From an uncultured Actinomycetota bacterium (lineage in GTDB: Bacteria; Actinomycetota; Actinomycetes; JAHEKZ01): a DNA stretch of 64,000 nucleotides. The notes under the pieces were generated by a model. It was not told the DNA's origin. It did no database searches and was given only the letters and a program-made list of their open reading frames with translations. Within the stretch, counting starts at the first letter, position 1; each line of letters begins with the position of its first letter. The translations under genes were made by a program, and so were the position numbers. The stretch covers positions 1,472,001-1,536,000 of the forward strand of contig CAWHIJ010000003.1 of NCBI GenBank assembly GCA_963829525.1, in the 5' to 3' direction. Of the stretch, positions 31,441-41,794 are shown one piece after another.

Positions 31441-32625
31441 GTGATTACGCGAAACGGCATCGTGCGGTGGCGCACTCTGGCTGCTGTGTCAACGGCATGC
31501 CTGGGCCTTGCCGGTTGCACCATCGCCGGAGCCGACGGCGGCGCCGATGGTGCCTCAGGCCCTCCGGAGTCGCGTGCGGTGATCGCCATCTCCTCCGCCA
31601 AGGAACGCGCATGGGCGCCAACGCGGCCCCTCATCGTGAAGGCGAAGCAAGGCAAGCTGACTGACGTTGTCGTCTCCGACGATCGTGGCCGCAAGATCTC
31701 CGGCAAGTTCAGCTCCCGTCATTCGGTATGGCGCTCTGACGAGTCGCCGCTGCAGTTCAACAGCCGCTACGAGATCACCGCGCGGGCTGCTGACTCCGAC
31801 GGAGTGGCGACCCGGACCAAGACCTGGGTGCGCACCGTCAAGCCCAAGCGAATGGCGTACACCGGCCTCAGCCCCTTCGGCGGGGCGGTTGTGGGTGTCG
31901 GTATGCCCGTGATCATGACATTCGACCAGCCCGTGCAGCGGAAAGCGGCCGCGGAGAAGAACCTCTCGGTGACCACGAAGCCGGCGGCGGTGGGCGGGTG
32001 GTACTGGGTCAATGACCAGATGGTGCGCTGGCGTCCAAAGGAGTACTGGAAGCCCGGCACCGACGTGACGGTGAGTAGCCAGCTCGAGGGGATCAACCTC
32101 GGCGATGGCGTTTGGGGCGATGACAATGATCTCGTTCGTTTCAGCGTAGGGGATGCCACGATCAGCACAGTCGACATCGGTGAGCACACCATGGTTGTCG
32201 AGCAGAACGGCCAAGTCGTGCGCAAGATCCCAGTCACCACCGGAAAGCCGGGCTGGGACACGCGGATCGGCACGAAGGTGATCATCTCCAAGGAGCGTGA
32301 GGTCGTCATGGACGCAGCCACGCTCGACGTGTCCGAATCCGACCCCGAGTACTACCGGCTCGATGTCGAATACGCCATGCGTCTGACCTGGAGCGGAGAG
32401 TACGTTCACGCTGCGCCATGGTCGGTCGACTCGCAAGGCGAGGAGAACGTCAGCCACGGTTGCACGGGGATGTCATTGGCAGACGCCAGTTGGTTCTACA
32501 ACATCTCCAAGCCAGGCGATGTGGTCGACTTCGTCAATGGCTCGCGAACCATGGAAGCGTGGAACGGCTACACCGACTGGAACCTCAGTTGGGATGAGTG
32601 GAAGAAGGGCAGCGCCCTCTCCTAG
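31441..32625 (+). CDS. L,D-transpeptidase lipoprotein (Ig-like + YkuD)
   Basis: Lipobox LAGC; VGVGMP; WRPKEYW; YVHAAPWS..QG..NVSHGC. Confidence 0.94.
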   Translation: MITRNGIVRWRTLAAVSTACLGLAGCTIAGADGGADGASGPPESRAVIAISSAKERAWAPTRPLIVKAKQGKLTDVVVSDDRGRKISGKFSSRHSVWRSDESPLQFNSRYEITARAADSDGVATRTKTWVRTVKPKRMAYTGLSPFGGAVVGVGMPVIMTFDQPVQRKAAAEKNLSVTTKPAAVGGWYWVNDQMVRWRPKEYWKPGTDVTVSSQLEGINLGDGVWGDDNDLVRFSVGDATISTVDIGEHTMVVEQNGQVVRKIPVTTGKPGWDTRIGTKVIISKEREVVMDAATLDVSESDPEYYRLDVEYAMRLTWSGEYVHAAPWSVDSQGEENVSHGCTGMSLADASWFYNISKPGDVVDFVNGSRTMEAWNGYTDWNLSWDEWKKGSALS

Positions 32626-32693
32626 AGGGTACCTCCACGCCTGCCGATTACACCCCACCCACGGCGGATGTCGAGGCCGTTCGGGAATGGATG

Positions 32694-32723
32694 AGGGGCG
32701 GAAGCTGATGCCTCCGCCCCTCA
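32694..32723. terminator. Hairpin between convergent ldt and qcrB
   Basis: GAGGGGCGGA...TCCGCCCCTC 10-bp stem. Confidence 0.55.
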
Positions 32724-32739
32724 CCCATCTATCCGGTCG

Positions 32740-34416
32740 CTAGTCGTGCGGGGTCAGCGCCTTGGTGCGGGCATCGTTGATCTCAAGGTCACGTTCGCTG
32801 GTGATCTCAGCCTCGTGGTGATTGCCTTCTTCGATCTCGGCTGGAGTCGGCATGGGGAGTCGCTCGTCGTAGAAGAAGTGCGAGAGCCGCGCCCGCAACT
32901 TCTTGACGCCGTAGCCCTTCTGCTTGATGCCGTTTGCGTCGTACTTCTCCGGCATCGGTAGCGGCTTCGGCGCATCGGCACGAGCAAGCAGGAGCGCACG
33001 CTCTTCGTCGGAGATCGGCCTGTGCTGCTCGTAGTACTTACCGTTGGGCAACCGTTTGATGATCCCCGACTCGTAGCCGTGCAGCAGCTTGTCCCGGTCA
33101 CGCCGCTGCAACCCGAAACAGATCCGTTTGGTGATCACAAAGACCAGCGGTGGTACGACGAAGATAGCGATCCGTATGGCCCAGGTGATCAAAAAGACAT
33201 TGATCTCAAAGGTGTTGGCGATCAAGTCATTGCCGCCCTCGGCCCAGAGCAGCATGTAGAACGACAGGCTCATGGTGCCGATGGCTGTTCGGGTGGGGGC
33301 GTTTCGGGGACGGTCGAGCAGGTGATGTTGGGACTTGTCTCCGGTCGCCCACTGCTCAAGGAAGGGATAGAGGGCCATCACGGTGAAGATGATTCCGGGC
33401 AAGACGATGGCCGGAATGAAGATGTTGAGCATGAGGTTCCACTGCCCGAAGAGCACGATCTCGAGGTTCGGCATCAGGCGAAGTGAGCCGTCGAGCCAAC
33501 CGATGTACCAGTCGGGTTGGGAACCTGCGGTGATCTGGTCAGGAATGTACGGACCGTAGAGCCAGATCGGGTTGATCTGGAAGAGGCCGCCCATGAGTGC
33601 TGTGACACCGAAGACTATGAAGAAGAAGCCGCCGGCCTTGGCCGCGTACACGGGGAACAGCGGGTACCCGACGACATTGCGCTGGGTGCGGCCCTTGCCA
33701 GGGAACTGGGTGTGCTTCTGGAACCAGACAAGCATCAGGTGCACGGTGATCAATGCCAGGATGATTCCGGGGACCAACAGCACGTGGACGGTGTAGAGAC
33801 GCGGAATGAAGTCGGTACCGGGGAACTCGCCGCCGAAGATGAAGAACGATACATACGTGCCAACCACTGGTATCGAAAGCATGATGGCTTGGGCGATACG
33901 AAGCCCGGTGCCGGAGAGCAGGTCGTCGGGGAGGGAGTAGCCGGCGAAGCCCTCGACAAGCGCAAGGGTGAGCAACGTGACGCCGATGATCCAGTTCGCC
34001 TCGCGGGGCTTGCGGAAGGCACCGGTGAAGAAGACACGCAGCAGGTGGACGGAGATCGCGGCCACGAAGAAGAGGGCTCCCCAGTGGTGGATCTGGCGCA
34101 TGAGCAGCCCACCGCGAATGTCGAAGCTGATGTCCAGCGTTGAGGCGTAGGCCTCCGACATCTTGACACCGTTGAGAGGCAGGTAGGAGCCGTCGTACAC
34201 GACCTCGATCATCGATGGCTTGAACCACAGGCTCAGAAAGGTTCCCGACAGCAGCAGGATGATGAAGCTGTACAACGCGATCTCGCCAAGCATGAATGAC
34301 CAGTGGTCAGGGAAGACCTTGCCGAGCTGCTTCTTGAGGTACTTCGACGCCGGGACGCGGTCGTCTACCCAGAGGTAACCGGCGCCGCCAGCTTGCTCAA
34401 CCTTGCTCGTACTCAT
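32740..34416 (-). CDS. qcrB: Cytochrome bcc complex cytochrome b
   Basis: FPDHWSFMLGE, RQIHHW, GYSLPDDLLSG, SQPDWY. Confidence 0.97.
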   Translation of the reverse strand: MSTSKVEQAGGAGYLWVDDRVPASKYLKKQLGKVFPDHWSFMLGEIALYSFIILLLSGTFLSLWFKPSMIEVVYDGSYLPLNGVKMSEAYASTLDISFDIRGGLLMRQIHHWGALFFVAAISVHLLRVFFTGAFRKPREANWIIGVTLLTLALVEGFAGYSLPDDLLSGTGLRIAQAIMLSIPVVGTYVSFFIFGGEFPGTDFIPRLYTVHVLLVPGIILALITVHLMLVWFQKHTQFPGKGRTQRNVVGYPLFPVYAAKAGGFFFIVFGVTALMGGLFQINPIWLYGPYIPDQITAGSQPDWYIGWLDGSLRLMPNLEIVLFGQWNLMLNIFIPAIVLPGIIFTVMALYPFLEQWATGDKSQHHLLDRPRNAPTRTAIGTMSLSFYMLLWAEGGNDLIANTFEINVFLITWAIRIAIFVVPPLVFVITKRICFGLQRRDRDKLLHGYESGIIKRLPNGKYYEQHRPISDEERALLLARADAPKPLPMPEKYDANGIKQKGYGVKKLRARLSHFFYDERLPMPTPAEIEEGNHHEAEITSERDLEINDARTKALTPHD

Positions 34417-35415
34417 CCGCGCTCCCAGAAGCTCGGTCCAACCGGCTCAGCGAAAGGTTCGCGAGCGATCAAGTATCCGTCCTCATCTACGGTGATCGCC
34501 AGTTGAGGAAGAGCCCGGGAGGACGGTCCGAAGAGAACGTTGCCGCCGTCAGCAAGATCAAATGTCGACTGGTGGCATGGGCAGAGCATGTGGTGCGTCA
34601 GCTGCTCGTACAGCCCGAGGGGGCAGCCAGCGTGAGTGCAGATCTTCGAGTAGCACATGATCCCCTGGTAGGTCCATGGCTCCGCGCCCTCCGGCGTCTG
34701 GTCGGCGACGATCTCGTCCGGATCCATCCGGATGAGCATCACCGCAGACTTGGCGAGTTCGTTGAGGTTGCCTGCCTCCTCCATGACGAGGTCGATGCCC
34801 TCGGGGACCGCGCTGATCAACGTGCCGACCTGCATGTCCTCTGGCCGAATCATTTGTTTCGTCTCGGCGATCAAGATCTTCATGCCGGGTTCCCACATCG
34901 TGGTCCTCAACGCGTCCTCGGGGAGCGGTCCCAGGTCGCGTAGCAAGACGATTGCGGGCAGGCCAGCCAAGCCCAGCGCGGCGACCATGCTGCCGAGGAT
35001 GAACGGGCGGCGCTTCACGCCGCTCTCATCGATACCCCGCCGGTACTCGTCAAGCAACGCGTCGCGGTGCTCTGCCTCCGAGGACTCAGGAGAACGCTCT
35101 TGCACCACCTCGACATCGGGCATGAGTTTCTTGGCCCAGTGGATGGCTGCGGCGCCGATCAGGAAGAGTGCAAGGCCCATCGTGATGCCGAGGAGCAGGT
35201 TAGATGCGTTCGTGCTGCCGAACCCCCGGGAAGCGGATCTCTTTGTCGACTGGTGTGACGGCGTAGGCGACGATGAAGGCCGCGCTAGCCAGGCCGGAAG
35301 CGATGAACAAGAAACCGACCTGACGCTCAGCCCGCTTGGCGGCCCTTGGGTCGACGTCGGCGCGCCGTGACTTGTGCTCGGGAAGGTCGCTTGAGCCGTG
35401 AGTTTCGATGGTCAC
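34413..35415 (-). CDS. qcrA: Cytochrome bcc Rieske subunit (frameshift ~35225)
   Basis: N-part AAKRAERQV; C-part SKICTHAGC..CPCHQS, RALPQL, EPVGPSFWER. Confidence 0.93.
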
Positions 35416-36230
35416 TTCGCCTTGACTCCGATCCAGATAGCAACCGCGATGAGGGCGCCCAGCCCGAGGGTCCAGACTGCAATACCTTCGGTGACCGGGC
35501 CGAGCCGGCCGGTGTCGATGCCGCCAGAGTTTGGCGCCTCTCGTAGCGTCTCGATGTAGCCGATGATGGCTCGCTTGTCCTCTGGTCGCAGCGTCGTGTC
35601 GGGGAAGTTCGGCATGTTCTGCGGGCCGATCAGCATCGCCTCGTAGATGTGACGCGGCTCGGTCTCGGTCAGCGACGGCGCGTACTTGCCGTCGTCAGAG
35701 CGCCGCCTTCACCGGCGAAGTTGTGGCATGACGCGCAGTTGGCGCGGAACAGCTGCCCGCCGAGCGCGAGCTCTTCTGGCGTGATCCCTGTCGTGTCGTA
35801 CAAGTCGGGGGTGGGAATCTCCGGACCAGGGGCCAATGACCCGATGTATGCAGCCAGGGCTGCGACCTCTTCGTCGTTGTAGACCGGGGGCTTGCGCTCA
35901 GCCTGGGCTCCGGGGGCAGCCAGCGGCATGCGCCCTGTCGAGACCTGGAAGTCAACGGCCGCAGCTGCCCACGCCGATCAGCGATGGGCCGGCGACTGTG
36001 CCATCGGGCTGGAATGCGCCATCGGCATTGAGTCCGTGGCAGGTGGAGCAGCCTTCCAGGAAGAGCGCGCGGCCTTCTTCGATCTGGGTCGTCGAGGCCG
36101 TCGGCGCGGACGCCTCAGCCTGGGTGGAACTGGAGGCAGCTGCGTAGATCCCACCGATCCCGACAAGGGCGACGAGCAAGAGGAGTGCGGTTGCCCAGGG
36201 GCTGCGGCGCCTGGCGAGCAGATAAGTCAC
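35412..36230 (-). CDS. qcrC: Cytochrome bcc di-heme cytochrome c (frameshifts ~35965, ~35680)
   Basis: CSTCH and CASCH heme motifs, GRMP, GPQNMP, GPVTEG across three frames. Confidence 0.92.
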
Positions 36231-36252
36231 GAGAGGTTCCCCTGGAGTGTGG

Positions 36253-36858
36253 CTACTGGATGAAGTAGATCGTCGCGAACAGAGCGATCCACACGACGTC
36301 GACGAAGTGCCAGTAGTAGGACACCACGATCGCGCGCGTGGCCTGGTCGTGGTCGAACCGCCGAGCGACGTATGTGGTTGTCAGGACGAAGAGGAAGGCG
36401 ATCAGGCCGCCCGTGACGTGCGCTGCGTGGAAGCCGGTCGTGAGGAAGAAGACCGAGCCGTAGGGCTCAGAGCTCGAGGCTGAGGCCTTCATGGGCGAGT
36501 TCGGTGTACTCGAAGACCTGGCCTGCGACGAAGAAGGCGCCCATCAGGTAGGTGATGCCGAACCACTTGCGCAGGCCCTTGACGTCGCCGCGCTCAGCAG
36601 CGAAGACGCCGAGCTGACACGTCAGTGAGGACGAGACCAGCACTGCGGTGTTGAGCGACGCGAAGACGATGTTGAGGTGGACGTTCTCCGGCGGCCAGGA
36701 TCGGGCAGGGTGACCTGTCGCACCGTGAAGTACATCGCAAAAAGGGCGGCGAAGAACATCAGCTCTGACGAGAGCCAAACGATGGTTCCTACGCTGACGA
36801 GGTTGGGCCGGTTTGGCGCCTGGATCTGTGCGGGCTCGGCCACGGATGCTGTCGACAC
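36253..36858 (-). CDS. ctaE: Cytochrome c oxidase subunit III (frameshifts ~36695, ~36480)
   Basis: [43 protein letters not shown]. Confidence 0.92.
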
Positions 36859-37289
36859 GGCCCTGATTATGCCGACTCCGACGTCGAAGCGCTCAGAGGG
36901 GGCGAACTTTCTTTGCGGGGTGTTGCTTTTGGCCGAAGATCATCGAGCCGGAGCGTCGATTTCTTGGGGCGGTGACCCTCGGACTCGTTGCCATTCTGTG
37001 ACCAACGGACCAGGCGGTCCTCTGACGTAGGTGTGCTGGACGAGGCTGAACGGGCCGGCGTTCAGCTGCTCCAGCTGCTCCGCTGATCGCACCGTGTCGG
37101 CCAACGGCTTGCTGGTGGCACAGGAGCGGACCAGGGTCGCTGGGTTGGTGGCACGCCTAGGCGGGGACGTGCACGGGTGGCAACTGCTGGCGCCCCGGGC
37201 TGGAGATCGTGGCCGCGCTGGCTACGATCGGGGCGATCGATGAGTCGTCGACGCCAGGTCGGCGACCAGTCCCGATGCGGGGGAGCGGC

Positions 37290-37709
37290 ATGGCCGACGA
37301 CGCGCTGACTGTTTTGGTGTACAGCGACGATCGCAACACCCGCGATCAGGTGCGAATGGCCCTCGGGCGTCGCCCGGCATCAGACCTGCCACGTGTGGAG
37401 TTCGTCGACGTCGCCACCGATTGGGCCGTCATGGACCACCTCCATCGGGGCGGCATCGACCTTGCCATCTTGGACGGCGAGGCGGCTCCAGCCGGTGGAC
37501 TGGGCGTGTGCCGGACCATCAAGCAAGAAGTCTTTCAATCCCCACCTATCCTGCTGCTCATCGGACGCCCGCAAGACCGATGGCTCGCCACCTGGTCGAG
37601 GGCCGACGGAGTGGTGACGCACCCTCTCGACCCCATCACGACCGCGGCGGCCGCCGCGGAGTTGCTGCGCGCGAGGGTGGCGGCCAGCGGCGTTGCCACC
37701 CCCTCCTGA
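37290..37709 (+). CDS. Stand-alone atypical receiver-like protein
   Basis: VLVYSDD...[30 protein letters not shown]; conserved position before trpD. Confidence 0.8.
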   Translation: MADDALTVLVYSDDRNTRDQVRMALGRRPASDLPRVEFVDVATDWAVMDHLHRGGIDLAILDGEAAPAGGLGVCRTIKQEVFQSPPILLLIGRPQDRWLATWSRADGVVTHPLDPITTAAAAAELLRARVAASGVATPS

Positions 37710-37713
37710 TTCG

Positions 37714-38776
37714 GTGACCGTGGGGACGCCCGGTTGGCCGACCGTGATCGGAGCGCTGCTTCGGCATGAGGACCTTGACGCGGCGTCAGCCCAATGGGCC
37801 ATGGGCCAGGTGATGTCGGGCGACGCGAGCTCAGCGCAGATCGCGGCATTCGCGGTCGCGCTCCGGAGCAAAGGAGAGACCGCAGCAGAGATGTCCGGCC
37901 TGGCCGAGGCGATGTTGGCGGCGGCCCACCGCATCGAGGTGCCTGGTCCAGCTGTCGATGTCGTCGGCACGGGAGGGGATCGATCGCAGTCGGTCAACAT
38001 CTCGACGATGGCTGCACTGGTGGTCGCGGGAACCGGAGCCCAGGTCGTCAAGCACGGAAACCGGGCGGCCTCATCTGCCTGCGGCACGGCAGACGTTCTT
38101 GAAGAGCTGGGAGTGGTTCTCACGCTGAAGCCTGAGCAGGTGGCGGCTGTGGGGGCCCAGGTCGGGATCACCTTCTGCTTCGCCCAGGTGTTTCATCCGG
38201 CGATGCGTCACGCGGCCGCGCCGCGCCGCGAGATCGGCGTACCGACGTCCTTCAACTTCTTGGGGCCTCTGACGAACCCGGCCCAGCCGGTTGCCCAAGC
38301 GATCGGCTGTGCCGATCTCGCGGATGGCTCCGGTGATGGCGCAGGTCTTTGCCGAACGGGGGGCATCCGCACTGGTGTTTCGAGGTGACGACGGGCTCGA
38401 CGAGCTGACCGTTTCGACCACGTCGTCGGTGTGGCGCGTCTCCATGGGACAGGTCGAGTCGAAGACGCTTGACCCGGCACGGCTCGGGATCGCTGCCGCC
38501 CCGCTGGAGACACTGCGAGGCGGTGATCGCAGCCACAACGCCGGGGTGGTGCGGGCGCTCCTGGCCGGCGAGGAGCGTGGCCCGATCAGGGACGCCGTGC
38601 TGCTGAACGCAGCCGCGGCGCTCTCGGCGTTAGCGGCGGCAGCGGGCGAGAGTGGCGGCGATCTCGAGGACGCCATGGCCGCCGGGCTGAAGCGTGCCGC
38701 GTCCGCCATCGACTCAGGCGCTGCCTCTGACGTGCTGGACCGGTGGATCGCGGCAACGCAGTCAGTCGCCGGCTGA
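37714..38776 (+). CDS. trpD: Anthranilate phosphoribosyltransferase (frameshift ~38322)
   Basis: [43 protein letters not shown]. Confidence 0.94.
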
Positions 38777-38815
38777 GTCTGCCGATCTCGGTGGGGGGAG
38801 GGAACGCAGCCCGCG

Positions 38816-39094
38816 TTACTCGAGCCCTAGGGAGAACGCTGCCTCGAGGTCGTGCCGGCTGTAGGCGCGGAACGCGATATGGGTCTCGGTGTGCACGATC
38901 CCCGGGATCTTCGCCAAACGACCGGTGATGACATCGGCGAGCTCGTCGTGCACATGCACCCTGATCATGGCGATCAGATCGACGCCCCCGGTCACCGAGT
39001 AGACCTCGCTGACCTCAGGGATCAAGGCAATGCTCTCGGCAACGGATGGGATCTGGTCGACGTCGCACTGGACGAAGACGATTGCGGTGATCAT
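38816..39094 (-). CDS. Lrp/AsnC ligand-binding (RAM) domain protein
   Basis: MITAIV, SEVYSVTG, TETHIAFRAYSRHDLEAAF. Confidence 0.9.
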   Translation of the reverse strand: MITAIVFVQCDVDQIPSVAESIALIPEVSEVYSVTGGVDLIAMIRVHVHDELADVITGRLAKIPGIVHTETHIAFRAYSRHDLEAAFSLGLE

Positions 39095-39104
39095 GGTGGC
39101 CTCC

Positions 39105-40859
39105 CTAGTCCGACGTCGTGGTCAGGCTCAGTGCCGACTCTAGCCCGCGCGAGCCGTACCTGGGGCTGGCCCAGACGCCTTCGAGGTGGACCAGTCGGAC
39201 GCCAGGGGAGTCGAGCCAACGAAGGAGGCATTCCGCCTCTTCGGCTGACGCGGTGGGAAACCCACCGGGGCTGGCGGCGACCGGGTCAGCGCCTGCGCGA
39301 AGGGCGGCAATGAACGGCTTCGGGGCGATCCCTCGGGCAGCGAGCCCGGCTGCCGCTAGGCGGCCGTGCCGGATTACAGCGATCTCCCACCCGCCTTCGG
39401 GGGTGAGGCGTGCGGCAACGAGTTCAGGTGAGCCACCGAGCGCTCGCAGCCGCTGCGATCGCGCTGACGCGGCGAGCAGTGCCCGCAGCCGGTCGCGGTG
39501 ACTGACCGCCTCCTCGAAGCGTTCATCAGCCACGAGTGGCGCCATGCGTCTGGCGAGGGCGTCCACAACGGGACGTGCGTCCGAGCACATGGCGGCGGAC
39601 GCGGCCTGAGCGACCCGCGCGTAGTCGTCCACGCTCTGTCGGCCCTCGCAGGGGGCGCCGCAGCGGCCCATCTCCGCCAGGATGCAGGCCGCGTTCATGA
39701 CACGGAGCGAGATCGTCTGCGTGCACTGGCGTAGGGGGTACGTCTCGTGCAACGCATCACGGGCCTGCTCGGCCTGTCGGCGAGAACTGAACGGGCCGAG
39801 ATAGGTGCACGCGTCGTCCTTGACCTCGCGGACGATGGACAGCCGCGGGAAGGGGCCGACGGTCAGCTTGAGGAACGAGACCTTCTCAGGGAATCGGGAC
39901 CGCCGGTTGTAGGGCGGCTTGTACTCGGCGATCATCCGGAGCTCGCGCACCTCGGCTTCGAGCAATGTGGTGCAAGGCAGCGACACCACCTCTTCAGCCG
40001 CGGCGACCATCTCTGCCATCCGGCGCCTGCCCTCGGCTGCTGTGAAGTACTGACGCACCCGGGGGCGGAGGTCGACCGATTTGCCGATGTACAGGACGCG
40101 CTGCTTGGCGTCGCGGAAGAGGTAGACCCCGGGGCCACGGGGGACGTTGTCGGCCAAGTGGCGTTTGCGTTGCTGCGCGGGATGGACGCGGGTGGAGAAC
40201 GTGCTGAGCTCATCGATCGTGGTGACACCGAAGCAGCCGACTCGCTCGAAGAGACCGTGCAGGACGTCGACGGTTGCGCGCGCGTCATCGAGCGCGCGGT
40301 GTGACGGGGTCGTCGTCGCACGAAAGAGTTGTGCGAGCGTGCTGAGCTTGCAGTTGGGGGCCTCGTCGCGGTCAAGGGTGCGACGAGCCAGCCGGGCGGT
40401 GTCGAGGACGCCGAACGCCGGCCAGTCGATGCCCTGCTGCTCGGCGGCTGCCTTGAGGAACCCCATGTCGAACGGCGCGTTGTGCGCCACCAGGGTGCAG
40501 CCGGCCGCGAACTCCAGGAAGGCCGGGAGGACGGCGTCGATTCTCGGGGCCTGCGCCACGGCGGCATCGGTGATGCCGGTGAGCACCGAGATGAAGGCGG
40601 GGATGGAGACGCCGGGATTGACCAAGGTGTGGAACTCGCCGAGCACCTCACCGCCGCACACCTTTACGGCGCCGATCTCGGTGATCGCGCAGCTGGCTGG
40701 AGAGCCGCCGGTGGTCTCGAGGTCGACGACGACGAAAGTGACGGACGATAGTGGGGTTCCGAGGTCGTCGAATGTTGGCTGGAACGCCAGTTGCGCCGTG
40801 TGCTGTGCACCTCCCTGCGCAGCAGGCGGCGTGACTGCGCGCTCGACGCTTGACCTCAT
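39105..40859 (-). CDS. DEDDh exonuclease fused to UvrC-like GIY-YIG nuclease (Rv2191-like)
   Basis: VDLETTG, AHNAPFD, HRALDDA; PGVYLF..LYIGKS.DLR.RVRQYF, PPYN. Confidence 0.92.
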   Translation of the reverse strand: MRSSVERAVTPPAAQGGAQHTAQLAFQPTFDDLGTPLSSVTFVVVDLETTGGSPASCAITEIGAVKVCGGEVLGEFHTLVNPGVSIPAFISVLTGITDAAVAQAPRIDAVLPAFLEFAAGCTLVAHNAPFDMGFLKAAAEQQGIDWPAFGVLDTARLARRTLDRDEAPNCKLSTLAQLFRATTTPSHRALDDARATVDVLHGLFERVGCFGVTTIDELSTFSTRVHPAQQRKRHLADNVPRGPGVYLFRDAKQRVLYIGKSVDLRPRVRQYFTAAEGRRRMAEMVAAAEEVVSLPCTTLLEAEVRELRMIAEYKPPYNRRSRFPEKVSFLKLTVGPFPRLSIVREVKDDACTYLGPFSSRRQAEQARDALHETYPLRQCTQTISLRVMNAACILAEMGRCGAPCEGRQSVDDYARVAQAASAAMCSDARPVVDALARRMAPLVADERFEEAVSHRDRLRALLAASARSQRLRALGGSPELVAARLTPEGGWEIAVIRHGRLAAAGLAARGIAPKPFIAALRAGADPVAASPGGFPTASAEEAECLLRWLDSPGVRLVHLEGVWASPRYGSRGLESALSLTTTSD

Positions 40860-40950
40860 GGCCCGACGGTAGGGCGGACCACCGACAACAGGGTCAGCCA
40901 CGCCGACTCGTATTGTTAAATGCTCACCGCCTGCTAATCCTGGAGGACCC

Positions 40951-41193
40951 GTGGGCATCTCGGCCCCCAGCAGCGACACTCGCTGGCGTTGCAGCCAGTG
41001 CGGCAACTTGACCCGCTTCGACGTGGTCCGGGTGAGCCGGACCCGCGAGTTCTGGCACCAGGAGCTCTCCGGCGCCCCGGTGGTCGAGGACACGCGGGAA
41101 CTCGACGGCGAGATCGAGTCGGTGGCTTGCCGCTGGTGCGCCGGCGGTGGGTCGATTGAGCTGGTGGGCCGACCGGCACGGAGAGTGATCTGA
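40951..41193 (+). CDS. Small zinc-ribbon protein
   Basis: GGAGG RBS; WRCSQCGNLTRFDV ... VACRWC. Confidence 0.8.
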   Translation: MGISAPSSDTRWRCSQCGNLTRFDVVRVSRTREFWHQELSGAPVVEDTRELDGEIESVACRWCAGGGSIELVGRPARRVI

Positions 41194-41252
41194 CGGTCTT
41201 GTCGGTGGGTCCCTCTAACGTCTCCGGTACCAACAGATCAGAGGAGACGACC

Positions 41253-41576
41253 ATGATCATCGACTGCGATGGATGCGGCGTGCGAGGGGACGCCTGCGGC
41301 GACTGCGTGGTCGCTGTGCTTCTCGGCGCTCCTCCTGACCTCCAGGCGGACGAGCAGCGTGCGCTGGGCGTCCTGGCTGAGGCCGGGCTGGTGCCTCCGC
41401 TGCGTCTCGTGGAGAGCCGCGCAGAGTCCAATTCGGATCTCTCGACCGGTTTATCCGATTTGTCCGAACTCTGGTGTGAGAGACGACACACCGGGCTCCA
41501 GCACGCGAGCAGTTTGATCCGTTGCCGTTCCGTTACTAGGGTAGGGGCCGAGCCAGCGGCCACCGCCGTCAACTGA
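41253..41576 (+). CDS. Small Cys-rich conserved protein (true stop may be earlier)
   Basis: GAGGAG RBS; MIIDCDGCGVRGDACGDCVV..L, LAEAGLVPPLRLV; tail overlaps a promoter-like region. Confidence 0.7.
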   Translation: MIIDCDGCGVRGDACGDCVVAVLLGAPPDLQADEQRALGVLAEAGLVPPLRLVESRAESNSDLSTGLSDLSELWCERRHTGLQHASSLIRCRSVTRVGAEPAATAVN

Positions 41577-41614
41577 CGTCGACGCTGGCTCCCGTCGAGT
41601 TCAGACGGTTCGAG

Positions 41615-41785
41615 AACGGCTTCGAATCCATCGGAGCCACTCTTGGCCTTCTGGAGCCGGGGAACCAAGTTCCCTGGGGCGAATCGGCATCGAACGCTCA
41701 GCGACGCTGAGCGGTAGGTGCGGTAGGGCGCCTTCCCCGCCCGAGCCCGTCAGCTCACCCGGTAGACGGATGAGGAAGAAGGAGA
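41615..41785 (+). promoter_or_regulatory. c-di-AMP (ydaO/yuaA) riboswitch
   Basis: CGAATCC...GGAGCCGGGGAACCA..TGGGGCGAATC...GTAGGGCGCCTTC..CCGAGCCCGTCAGCTCACCCGGTAG..GAAGGAG; upstream of a peptidoglycan hydrolase. Confidence 0.88.
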
Positions 41786-41794
41786 GCCGCCTTA

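Noticed and set aside
35412-36858. Pseudogenisation or programmed frameshifting of qcrC/ctaE
   Set aside because: All cofactor motifs intact, no shared slippery sequence, and the same indel pattern occurs window-wide
39105-40859. DEDDh/GIY-YIG nuclease as a defence or Cas-associated gene
   Set aside because: Conserved housekeeping-position gene next to trpD/Lrp; no defence context
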